Source of the DNA: Polyangiaceae bacterium
GTDB taxonomy: Bacteria > Myxococcota_A > Polyangia > Polyangiales > Polyangiaceae
NCBI GenBank assembly: GCA_035063585.1
Contig: JAPSGB010000005.1
Coordinates: 96,001 to 160,000 of the forward strand
Direction of reading: 5' to 3'
Length of the DNA: 64,000 bases
Shown: positions 18,008-26,655 of the stretch, in pieces
Numbering within the stretch: the first letter of the stretch is position 1
Layout of the letters: each line of letters begins with the position of its first letter
Position numbers and translations under genes: made by a program
Notes under the pieces: model-generated
Databases searched by the model: none
Told to the model about the DNA's origin: nothing
The model's input: the letters and a program-made list of their open reading frames with translations, nothing else

Positions 18008-18225
18008 GGCTCGGCTCCTCTCGTAGTTCGCCTCGCGCATGCGACCTTTGCCACGAATGTCTCCGCGCGCGAAGCCGTCACTTCGGGGGCGCCGCCGCGC
18101 TTGCCCGCGGGCGGGCCCGACCGCTAGAGTCTCCGCCGTGGTCGGTCGAGGACGATGGCTTGGGAGCTCGCCCCTCGGCTTCGTGGCGAGCAGGGGCTGC
18201 CGGTCCGGCGCGGCCGGCGGCGCGG

Positions 18226-19005
18226 ATGCGCATGGTTGACGGCGCAGCCTCGCGGCTTCGGCGCGGCTACGATCGTCGCAGCTTGGTCGCGCTCGCCGCG
18301 CTCGTCGTGGTCGGAGGCGCGGTCGGCTACCGCTTCAGCGACCTCATCGACGTCTCGGGCGGCTTCGACTACCTGCTCGCGTTCACCTGGCTCGTGATGA
18401 CCGCGCTCCTGGTCTGGAACGTCGACGCGCGGCACGATCTCACGCTGCTCGTGGTCGCGTTCGCAGGCGGCGCGGTCATCGAGTGGTGGGGCACGAGCAC
18501 CCAGCTCTGGTCGTACTTCACGGTCGAGCGCCCGCCGCTCTGGATCCTGCCCGCCTGGCCCATCGCGGCGCTCGCCATCGATCGCCTGGCGGTCGGCCTC
18601 CACGCGGCGTTCCGCGCGCGCGGCACCGAACGGCAGTATCGAGCCCTCTACTGGCTCATCATGCCGGGGTTCATCGCGGCGATGACGCGGTTCGCGTGGC
18701 CTACCATCCACATGCGGGCGACGCTGGTGGTGGTAGCGCTCATGCTCGCGCTGCTGGTGACCGTCCGCGACCATCGCCGTGACGTGACGATGTTCGCGGG
18801 CGGTTCGCTACTCGGGTTCTTCCTCGAGTATTGGGGCACGAGCCGCGAGTGCTGGACGTACTACACGCGCGAGGTGCCGCCGCTCGAGTGCGTGTTCGCG
18901 CACGGGTTCGCGGCGATCGCCTTCGCGCGCGGGGCGGCGCTCGCCGAGCGGCTCGTCGCCGTGGCGCTCGCCGTGGCTCCGCGCCGGACCGGCATTCAGG
19001 CCTGA
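18226..19005 (+). CDS. Hypothetical polytopic membrane protein with internal duplication (DUF2878-like)
   Basis: Two similar halves: IEWWGTSTQLWSYFT..PP and LEYWGTSRECWTYYT..PP. Confidence 0.7.
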   Translation: MRMVDGAASRLRRGYDRRSLVALAALVVVGGAVGYRFSDLIDVSGGFDYLLAFTWLVMTALLVWNVDARHDLTLLVVAFAGGAVIEWWGTSTQLWSYFTVERPPLWILPAWPIAALAIDRLAVGLHAAFRARGTERQYRALYWLIMPGFIAAMTRFAWPTIHMRATLVVVALMLALLVTVRDHRRDVTMFAGGSLLGFFLEYWGTSRECWTYYTREVPPLECVFAHGFAAIAFARGAALAERLVAVALAVAPRRTGIQA

Positions 19006-19047
19006 CCTTCGCGCTCGCGCCCCGCGAAGCCGGTCATGCGTGGTGCC

Positions 19048-19863
19048 CTAGCGACAGTCCGAGAACACCTGCTCGTGGAGCGCGCGCCCGAGCACCTCGT
19101 GACCGGCCGGGCCGAAGTGGAGCCCGTCCTTGAAGGGCTTCGCGAGCTCGGGGCAGAGCCGCTCGGGATCACCGCACGAGAGGAGCGGGTACGCGTCGAC
19201 CGCGTGCTCGATGGCGCCCGCGTGCGCGCGCTCGACGATGAAGCGATTCAGCGCCACGGTCGAGGCCGAGCGATCGGCGGTGAAGTAGCGGGTGAAGCCG
19301 CCCCAGGGCGTCACCGTGATGGCGACGACGCGCATGCCGTGGGCGTGAGCCTGCCGGTAGAGTGCGTCGAGATCCTCCTCGATGCGCGGGTTGGTGCGCC
19401 CGGCGGTCAGGTTGCTGTAGAGATCGTTGACGCCGCCGAACACGATGAGGTGCGTGTAGCGCGGCCTCGACGCGCGCTCGCCGCCGGTCTCGCCGAGCAC
19501 GTCTCGGGCGAAGCGGCGGCGCATCTGGTTTACCATGTTGCCGCCCACGCCGTAGTTGTCGAAGCGGCTCTCCGGGCAGCGCGCGGCGAGGTAGGTGAGG
19601 TATCTCCCGCCGTGGGAGCGCGCGTCGGTGAGCGAGTCGCCGAGGGCGGCCACCACGTACTTCCGCCGCGGTCGCTCCGGCGGCGGGGTCGAGGGGGCAG
19701 GCGCGGAGCGGGGCGGGAGCGCGGAGGAAGCGCTGCTCGGCGCGGCGCGCACGGGATTCGAGGCTGGCGCGGGCGCGGGAGCCCCGGCGAAGAGGCCGGC
19801 AGCGAGCACCGCGCCCGCCACCCCGAGCGCGGAGAGCGAGGGGGTCATGCCGCGCGCCGCCAT
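19048..19863 (-). CDS. SGNH/GDSL hydrolase, probably exported
   Basis: LGDSLT, GVGG, GGVND, DGLHF blocks; N-terminal hydrophobic segment. Confidence 0.92.
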   Translation of the reverse strand: MAARGMTPSLSALGVAGAVLAAGLFAGAPAPAPASNPVRAAPSSASSALPPRSAPAPSTPPPERPRRKYVVAALGDSLTDARSHGGRYLTYLAARCPESRFDNYGVGGNMVNQMRRRFARDVLGETGGERASRPRYTHLIVFGGVNDLYSNLTAGRTNPRIEEDLDALYRQAHAHGMRVVAITVTPWGGFTRYFTADRSASTVALNRFIVERAHAGAIEHAVDAYPLLSCGDPERLCPELAKPFKDGLHFGPAGHEVLGRALHEQVFSDCR

Positions 19864-19951
19864 CCCCGAGGTCTTAGCACGGCGGCCGGGCGCGTTCGGC
19901 CGCCCGTGGAGGTGGCCCGGGACCGCGCGCTCAATTAGGCTCGCCTCTCCG

Positions 19952-20707
19952 ATGGGACCGAGAGAGATCTACCTGCGGACGCGCAAGCGCCCGGATCTCG
20001 TCTTCAACACCTACGTCGCGCGGCCGCCAGCGGCGGTGGTGGTAGCGCTCGTCGCCCCGACCCGCGTCACTCCGAATCAGATCACCCTCGCCGCGCTCGG
20101 CGTCGCGGCAGTCGCCGCGGCGCTCATCATCGGCGCGCCGGGCTACGCGGGCTTGCTCGCGGCGATCGTCGTGTACGAACTCTCATACGTGCTCGACTGC
20201 GCCGACGGCATGCTCGCGCGCCTCCGCGGCATCGCGTCCCCCTCCGGGCACCTCCTCGATTTTCTGATGGACGAGCTGAAGGCCTTCATCATCTTGGGTG
20301 CCGTGGGCGTGCGGCTCTACCGCGAGCCCGGCGCGCGTTGGGCATTCCCTCCAGGAAGCCCGTGGTGGCTGCTCCTCACGGTGGCGGGGCTGGTCTGCCT
20401 GGCGAGCGGGATCGCCCTCACCACGTTTGTTCGACGCCCCGAGATCGCCGGACCGCCGGTCGCCGCTCCCGCCGCGGTGGCGCCGGCGTCGCGAAGCCCC
20501 GTGAGGCTCGCGCTCCGGGCGCTCGAGCGGGTCGCCAAGCTCTGTATCCACTACCCCTCGTACATCCTCATGGTCGCGCTGGTCGGGCGCCTCGAGCTCT
20601 ACTTTTTCCCCTACGTTGCCGTGAACGCGCTCTACGCGCTGCGCGCGCTCGCGCAGGTGGCGCTCCGCTTCGGGCGCAGCGACTGGGCGCCGCGCGACGG
20701 AGCGTGA
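19952..20707 (+). CDS. CDP-alcohol phosphatidyltransferase family protein
   Basis: VTPNQIT and LDCADGMLARLRGIASPSGHLLDFLMD signature. Confidence 0.9.
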   Translation: MGPREIYLRTRKRPDLVFNTYVARPPAAVVVALVAPTRVTPNQITLAALGVAAVAAALIIGAPGYAGLLAAIVVYELSYVLDCADGMLARLRGIASPSGHLLDFLMDELKAFIILGAVGVRLYREPGARWAFPPGSPWWLLLTVAGLVCLASGIALTTFVRRPEIAGPPVAAPAAVAPASRSPVRLALRALERVAKLCIHYPSYILMVALVGRLELYFFPYVAVNALYALRALAQVALRFGRSDWAPRDGA

Positions 20708-20720
20708 GCGCGGCCCCGCG

Positions 20721-22301
20721 TCACTGATCGACGTGGCGCCGCTCCGCGGCGAAGAGCTCGATCACGCGCTGGTCGTCGAGGGTGATGATGGAGTCGTCGG
20801 GCGGCGCCTCGAGATCACGCGGCATCACGAAGAGCCCGGAGAGGGTGCGCTCGTCGAGGTAGCGGAGCCCGGCAGGCGGGGGAGGTAGGTGCGCGCGCGG
20901 CGGCGCGGTGCCGCACAGGAAGAAGCCCCAGTCGCCGAAGGTGGTCACCGCCGCGTGGTACGGCGCGCAGGTGAGCCCGGCCGCGGCGAGCGTGCGCCCG
21001 ATGAGGGCGTAGGTGCGCGGCGCGACGAAGGGGCTCGTCGCCTGGACGGTCGCGGCCCCGCCAGGGGCGAGCCGTCGTGCGAGCCGCCGGAAGAACTCAC
21101 GCGTGAAGTTCTTGGCGTCCAGGTACTCGTCGGGATCGAACATCCCGGCGATGATCACGTCGAAGCGGGATGCTCCGGCGCCGAGCCACACGATCGGCTC
21201 GGCCTCGAGCACGCGGACCTTGGGCGAACGCAGGCTGTCGGCTGACGCGTGGCGGAGCCACGCGAGCCGCTTCGCGAGCGCTGGGCCGGCGGCGTCGACG
21301 GTGACCACCGTGACGCTCTCCACCTCCGGGTAGCGGAGGAGCTCGCGCTCGGCCATGCCATCTCCCGCGCCGAGCACGAGCACGCGCGCTCGCCGCGCGG
21401 CGGAGAGCATGGCCGGGTGCACGAGCGCCTCGAAGTAGCGGTAGCCGTCGAGCTCGCTCACCGCGAGCTTGCCGTTCACGTAGAGCTCGAGAGTGCCCTG
21501 CCCGCTGGTGAGCGTGAACTCCTGGCGCGCGCCGCGTTGCTGGTAGAGGATCGGGTTCGGGTAGCTGCGCGCTTCGGCGCGCGGGTGAGCGTGCTCGAGC
21601 CACGCGAGGCTCGCCGCGCTCCCGAGGAGCGTCGCGAGCGCCGCCGCTCGTGCGGCGCGTGCGTGGACGTCGCGGCGGGACAGGAGCCGCTCCGCGAGCG
21701 GAGAGACCGCGACCGCGAGGCCCGCCAGCGCGAGCGCGAGGAAGAGCCCGCTGCGCTCGAGGTCGAGGTGACTCGTGAGCGCTGCGCCGCCGCCGAGCAG
21801 CGCGAGCACTCCGAGCAGCCGGAACGGCTCGAGCAGTCGCACGAGCGCGCCGAGCGCGAGGGCGACCGGCCCGAACAGTCGCCAGGTGGCGAGCGCGGTG
21901 GCGCCGAGGAGCGCGCCCTCGATCAGGGCGAGCCCGAGCGCGGCGGCATCGAAGACGGGTGGGCTCGTGAGCGCGGTTGCGAGGCCCGGAGCCGCCGCCC
22001 CGGTGACGAGCGCGAGCGCGGCGAGGAGCCCGGTCGCGCGCGCGCTGCCGGCGGCGGGGGAGCGCCTCGCCGCCCAGGCGCCCAGCGCGATTCCCGCGCC
22101 GAATAGACCATACCCGACCCAGAGCGGAGGCCCGAAGCCCGGGCCGAGGTGGGCCTCGAGCAACCGCGCGGCGACGTGATGCCCCGCGCCGAGCGCACCC
22201 GCGCCGAAGAGCACCGCAAAGAGCGCGAGCGGGCGGCCGTGATCGAGCTCCGCCGGTGCGGCGCTCGGGTCCGCGTACCCCGGCGGCGGGCTACTTGCCA
22301 C
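20721..22301 (-). CDS. speE: Membrane-anchored spermidine synthase-like protein with degenerate active site
   Basis: N-terminal TM block; YRYFEALVHP, VLVLGAGDG..ERELLRYP, TFGDWGF. Several catalytic positions are substituted (see findings). Overlaps the upstream gene by 11 nt. Confidence 0.75.
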   Translation of the reverse strand: MASSPPPGYADPSAAPAELDHGRPLALFAVLFGAGALGAGHHVAARLLEAHLGPGFGPPLWVGYGLFGAGIALGAWAARRSPAAGSARATGLLAALALVTGAAAPGLATALTSPPVFDAAALGLALIEGALLGATALATWRLFGPVALALGALVRLLEPFRLLGVLALLGGGAALTSHLDLERSGLFLALALAGLAVAVSPLAERLLSRRDVHARAARAAALATLLGSAASLAWLEHAHPRAEARSYPNPILYQQRGARQEFTLTSGQGTLELYVNGKLAVSELDGYRYFEALVHPAMLSAARRARVLVLGAGDGMAERELLRYPEVESVTVVTVDAAGPALAKRLAWLRHASADSLRSPKVRVLEAEPIVWLGAGASRFDVIIAGMFDPDEYLDAKNFTREFFRRLARRLAPGGAATVQATSPFVAPRTYALIGRTLAAAGLTCAPYHAAVTTFGDWGFFLCGTAPPRAHLPPPPAGLRYLDERTLSGLFVMPRDLEAPPDDSIITLDDQRVIELFAAERRHVDQ

Positions 22302-23739
22302 CGGTGAACACGCCGCTGCCGCCCCGTGACGAGCCGCTCGAGCCGCCAGAGCCGCAGGTGCCCATGCCGATGCAGAGGACGAGCACGACGATGATGATGA
22401 CCACCAGGACGAGGGCCGTGGTGCAGCCGCTCGCGCTGGAGCCGCTGGTCGCCGTCTCGGATGCCCCAGCGGGCGAATCGAGCGGGAGCCCGAACCCCTG
22501 GGCGATGACCGACCACGGGAGCTGGCGCGAGAAGCTCCAGTGGACCTCGCCCGCGCTCGCCTCGCGGCTCAGCACGTCGGTGCCGTTCACGAAGTCCATC
22601 ACCGAGGTGACGTCGCCGACCGTCACCTTCCAATAGACCTCGCCGAGCACGTAGTCGACGATGGCCTCGTTCTGGTTGCGAGCGGTGAAGCTTCGCCCGT
22701 TCCAGGTCACCAGCCCAGGCATCCTCGAGAGGTCGAGCTCGGCGATGTTCACCTCGACGACCCAGGACCAGTTGCCCTCGTCCTTGACCAGCCAGCGATA
22801 CCCGATGCCCTGGCTGAAGAGCAGGTACTCGTCCCAGCTGAAGAGCTCGCCCTCGACCTCCGCCATGCGGGTCATGGTCGCCGTGCACACATACTCGGTG
22901 CCATCGAACACGCCGCGCGCGCCGATGGGGATCTCCGGTCGGCTTCGCGCGGCCTCCTGCGTCGAGATGACGGTCTGGGCGGCGATGTCGCTCACTGCGC
23001 CGCAGAACGGGCAGCCGACGCGGAGCGCCCGCTCGCCCGATAGCTTCGGGATGTCGCCTCCGCAGCTCGGGCAGCGGATGCGGTCGGTCGCCACCTTCTG
23101 CACGGTGCGCGGGCCGACCGCGGTCACCTGCATCTGCGCCTCGGGGAAGACCCAACCGATGAAGAGCTCGGGCGGGTGACTCCGATCGCCGTAGTCGAGC
23201 GTCGCGAACGCGCCTTGCTGGCCGAAGCAGTCCGCGTAGTAGCGGATCTGCCCCGGGCGGAACACGCCGGGCAGCTCGCCCTCGGCGGAGCTGATGGTGC
23301 CTTGCTTGAGCTCGCCGACTCGGAGCGTCCCGCTCGCGCCGAGCGGAAGATCCATCTCGAGCCGGAGCGCTTCGTACGGCGGGATGGGGACCGCGCTCGT
23401 CTGCGCCGTCACGTACCAGTTGCCCTGCGCGAACGCGAGCCAGCCCCACGCGGTCCCGTAGTCGAACGCGACGTAGTACTCGTCCCAAGGGCCTGCGCCG
23501 TGGTCGAGCTGGACACGCCCCATGACCGTGAACGGTCGGCCCGCGAGCGTGCCCTGATCGCCCACCGCGATGAGCGATGGGGTGTTGGCGATGTCGGCGA
23601 TCCGCCCGAGGTTCTCGAGGCCGCGATCGGAGCGGAGCACCGTGGCGCGACAGTAGTCGCACACCTTCGAGACCGAGGAACCTACCCCGAACTCGATGGG
23701 TGCCCCGCACCCCGGACAGGTCCCTTGCGCAACGGCCAT
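22291..23739 (-). CDS. DUF4178 domain protein (two zinc-ribbon + DUF4178 modules, C-terminal TM and Gly/Ser tail)
   Basis: CPGCG...CDYC, G.WDEYY, CPSCG...CPFC, WDEYLL...GYRWL, VLGEVYWKV..GD, tail GGSSGSSRGGSGVFTGGK. Confidence 0.85.
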   Translation of the reverse strand: MAVAQGTCPGCGAPIEFGVGSSVSKVCDYCRATVLRSDRGLENLGRIADIANTPSLIAVGDQGTLAGRPFTVMGRVQLDHGAGPWDEYYVAFDYGTAWGWLAFAQGNWYVTAQTSAVPIPPYEALRLEMDLPLGASGTLRVGELKQGTISSAEGELPGVFRPGQIRYYADCFGQQGAFATLDYGDRSHPPELFIGWVFPEAQMQVTAVGPRTVQKVATDRIRCPSCGGDIPKLSGERALRVGCPFCGAVSDIAAQTVISTQEAARSRPEIPIGARGVFDGTEYVCTATMTRMAEVEGELFSWDEYLLFSQGIGYRWLVKDEGNWSWVVEVNIAELDLSRMPGLVTWNGRSFTARNQNEAIVDYVLGEVYWKVTVGDVTSVMDFVNGTDVLSREASAGEVHWSFSRQLPWSVIAQGFGLPLDSPAGASETATSGSSASGCTTALVLVVIIIVVLVLCIGMGTCGSGGSSGSSRGGSGVFTGGK

Positions 23740-23800
23740 GCTGGCGAGCAGGCGACTCTAGCAAGAACCGCCCGACCCGCGCCAGCCGTTTGAGCGCCGC

Positions 23801-24589
23801 TCAGCGCTTGATGTAGACGTACCCGTTCTCGATGCTGTGGAAGCTGTTCCCGCTGTTATCGACGAGCTTCGCGCGGAAGTCGCCCTCGAGGTCGTTCGGG
23901 CCCCGGCCCTGACGGAGCACGATCTCACACCAGCTTCCGTCGTTGATGGACCAGGTCGTGTCGGGAGCCTTGCCGTCCCAGGTGTCGCTCATGGCGACGC
24001 TCATGACGACGTCCTTCTTGGTGGGCGAGCCCTCGTAGCGCCCCGGCGCGAGCGTCTTCAGGAGGAGCACGTAGTTGGCGATCGTCTTGCCGCTCGCGTT
24101 CGCCTTGCCTTGGATCATCCACAGCCCGACGCCGTCCTTCAGCACCGGGGGCGTGGGGTCGACGAAGATGAGCGAGAGCCGCGTGCCGGTCGACTCCTTC
24201 AAGAAACGGATCGCGATGCCGGTGCCGTTGTCCCAGCCGGGGACCGTCCCCTTGATGCGCGTGACGTCCTCGTCGAAGGTGTCGAGGCGAGTGCCGCCGC
24301 CGCTGCCGCTGCCGCTGCCGCCGCCGCTGTCCGACGGTCTCGAGGGCTGGATGGCCTCCGAGTGCTTGTTCGGATCGTCGGGAGGTGCGGACGGTTGAGC
24401 CCCGCCGGAAGAGGTGGGCACTCCGTCGAGGATCTGTCCGATGAGGTCATCGGCGTGCCCGGTGCCGTCGTGGCCGCCGTGCGACGACGGCGACTCGGAG
24501 CCCGCCGAGTGGCCGTTGCCACAGGCAGCGGCTCCGAAGAGCAGACAGAAGGCCGCCGCATACGCCGCGTAGTTGTGATGAGTCGTCAT
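23801..24589 (-). CDS. Hypothetical lipoprotein
   Basis: Lipobox AAAC, low-complexity linker with GSGSGSGGG, beta-rich C-terminal domain; AGCAGG precedes ATG 24589. Confidence 0.75.
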   Translation of the reverse strand: MTTHHNYAAYAAAFCLLFGAAACGNGHSAGSESPSSHGGHDGTGHADDLIGQILDGVPTSSGGAQPSAPPDDPNKHSEAIQPSRPSDSGGGSGSGSGGGTRLDTFDEDVTRIKGTVPGWDNGTGIAIRFLKESTGTRLSLIFVDPTPPVLKDGVGLWMIQGKANASGKTIANYVLLLKTLAPGRYEGSPTKKDVVMSVAMSDTWDGKAPDTTWSINDGSWCEIVLRQGRGPNDLEGDFRAKLVDNSGNSFHSIENGYVYIKR

Positions 24590-24653
24590 CCTGCTAAACC
24601 TCGTGGTGCTGTTCCTGCGCTGCCCCGGCGACGCCGGGAGACAGAATCCTGAA

Positions 24654-24682
24654 AGGATACACGACTCCCGACTCGCGCACAA
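24654..24682 (-). promoter_or_regulatory. Putative sigma70-type promoter for the 23801-24589 lipoprotein gene
   Basis: Minus strand TTGTGC-N17-TATCCT. Confidence 0.4.
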
Positions 24683-24755
24683 AGGGACGATTTTCTCAGC
24701 GGATCACCGGGGGGGTCATTTACAGAATGGCCGGAGCTTTGGGAGAATGGGCGCC

Positions 24756-26606
24756 ATGGTGAGAGACTCTTCACGCGTCAGGATTTTTCGCGGGGCGGTC
24801 GCGCTCGTCACGCTCGTCGCGCCGTTCGCTTGCGGCCCCGGTGGGTTTCTGAAACCGCCTTCCGCGCCGGCGTTCATCGACGACACGGACCCCGAGCGCG
24901 CGCGGGTCACCATGACCAAGAATCCGTCCGCGCCGCTCATCGTGGACTGGCAGCCCGAGAACCGTGGTGATCTCGAGGTAGCCATCAAGCGGGGCGTCGC
25001 GGTCGTGCACTTCGACGAGAAGTCCTTCGTGCTCTTGCCGCAATGCCGCGCGCGCGGGAATTACAACTATGTCGGGTATACCCCGAAGTCACAGAATATG
25101 ACCATCCGCTCGCGCGCGGAGCTCCAGGCGAACCTCCCGTACGGCGCCTTCAAGCTCGAGGGGAAGCTCGGCCAGGAGGGCGCGGTCATGGTCGCCCTCC
25201 GGATGGTGGGCCAGCGGATGTTCGACAGCCCGCACCTGTCGCGGGACAAGCTCGAGGGCGACTGCGCGCGCGCGACCCACTACATCTCGGCGCTCACCAT
25301 CGGCGCGTTCCGCTACGCCACCACCGCTCACGCGAGCGCGGAGGCCGCGGCGAGCATCTTCGGCGCCGGCGGGGGAGGGAAGACCTCGGGCGAAGCCGAG
25401 AACGTGACGACCGACGGCGACTTCGGCGCCTGCGACGGCGCCGATCCCGACGCGGAGTCCGCGCCGTCGCGCTGCCGCGCGCTGCTCCGGATCAACCTGG
25501 TCCCGCTGGACGGCGCGGTGGCCTCGGCGAGCGAGGGGCCGAAGTGCGGCGAGGGCATGAAATGGAACGGGCAGATGTGCGTCACCGAGCGGCGCATCCA
25601 GCAAGAGGCCCAGCAGTCGCCGACCTCGGAGCCCGCCCAGTCCTCCGCGGTCGCGAAGGGTTACGAGTGCAGCGAGGACGACGCGAACGAGTGCAAGGAG
25701 CAGTGCCGGGCCGGTAACCTGCCGTCGTGCAACCGGTTCGCCGGCTTCCTCGCCGCCGGGGCCGGCGGCTTCCCGCAGGACGTCGCGCGCGCGGTGAAGC
25801 TCTGGGGGATCGGCTGCCAGAGCAACTATGCGCCAGCGTGCACGTCCCTCGGCATGTACCTCGAGAGCAAGCGGCTCTTCCACGAGGCCGCCGAGATCGG
25901 CGGCAAGGGCTGTCGAGCCGGCGACCCCGGCGCCTGCACCAACGTTGCGGTGCTCGCCTATTTTGGCCGCGGCGTCGCGAAGAACCGCCAGGCGGCCTTC
26001 CAGCTGTGGCTCCGCGGCTGCAAGCTCCGCGATTGGACCGCGTGCAGCAACGTGGGCGCCATGCTCCTCCACGGGACGGACGGGGCGCCGAACAACCCCG
26101 AGGGCGCCCGCAAGCTCTTCACGGCGGCGTGCGAGGCGCCGGGCAAGGTCGGGTGCGGAAACCTCGCCGAGACCTACGAGCACGGGCTGGGCGGCCCGAA
26201 GGACACTGCCAAGGCGCTGGAGCTCTACCTGGCGTCGTGCGACGCCGGCGGCGCGACCTCGTGCGTCGCGGCCGGCCTCCTCACCGAGGAGAACAGCACC
26301 AAGCTCGAGTCCCGCCAGCGGGCGCTCGCGCTCTACGAGAAGGGCTGCGGCATGGGACCCGGCGGCGGGTGCGCGACGGTACAGGAGGTCCGCGCGTTCT
26401 ACCCGGGCGAGTACACGGACGAGGGCTACGACCGGCGCGCCTGTGACGACGGCGATCAGCGGGCGCTCGCCTGCTATAACGCCGCGATCGCCACCGAGCG
26501 CGGCTACGGCGGCTCGGTCGATCTCGCCAAGGCGACGCGCTACCTCGATCTCGCCTGTCGCCAGGGCGGGCTGAAGAAGGCCTGCCGGCCACCCCGCGCG
26601 CGCTGA
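24756..26606 (+). CDS. Lipoprotein with an uncharacterised N-terminal domain (MACPF-like motifs) and Cys-rich Sel1-like repeats
   Basis: Lipobox PFAC; repeats of the AC..LG..Y..G.G...D...A..L...C type in the C-terminal half; THY-x6-GA and RINLVPL in the N-terminal domain. Confidence 0.82.
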   Translation: MVRDSSRVRIFRGAVALVTLVAPFACGPGGFLKPPSAPAFIDDTDPERARVTMTKNPSAPLIVDWQPENRGDLEVAIKRGVAVVHFDEKSFVLLPQCRARGNYNYVGYTPKSQNMTIRSRAELQANLPYGAFKLEGKLGQEGAVMVALRMVGQRMFDSPHLSRDKLEGDCARATHYISALTIGAFRYATTAHASAEAAASIFGAGGGGKTSGEAENVTTDGDFGACDGADPDAESAPSRCRALLRINLVPLDGAVASASEGPKCGEGMKWNGQMCVTERRIQQEAQQSPTSEPAQSSAVAKGYECSEDDANECKEQCRAGNLPSCNRFAGFLAAGAGGFPQDVARAVKLWGIGCQSNYAPACTSLGMYLESKRLFHEAAEIGGKGCRAGDPGACTNVAVLAYFGRGVAKNRQAAFQLWLRGCKLRDWTACSNVGAMLLHGTDGAPNNPEGARKLFTAACEAPGKVGCGNLAETYEHGLGGPKDTAKALELYLASCDAGGATSCVAAGLLTEENSTKLESRQRALALYEKGCGMGPGGGCATVQEVRAFYPGEYTDEGYDRRACDDGDQRALACYNAAIATERGYGGSVDLAKATRYLDLACRQGGLKKACRPPRAR

Positions 26607-26655
26607 CCGCCCGGGCGCGGCGCGTCGAGCATCCTCGGCGCGCCGCGGCCACGGC

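Noticed and set aside
18008..18225. SAM riboswitch or sigma54 promoter upstream of the Cys/Met lyase
   Set aside because: No SAM riboswitch core is seen, and TGGCAA...GC has the wrong -24/-12 spacing.
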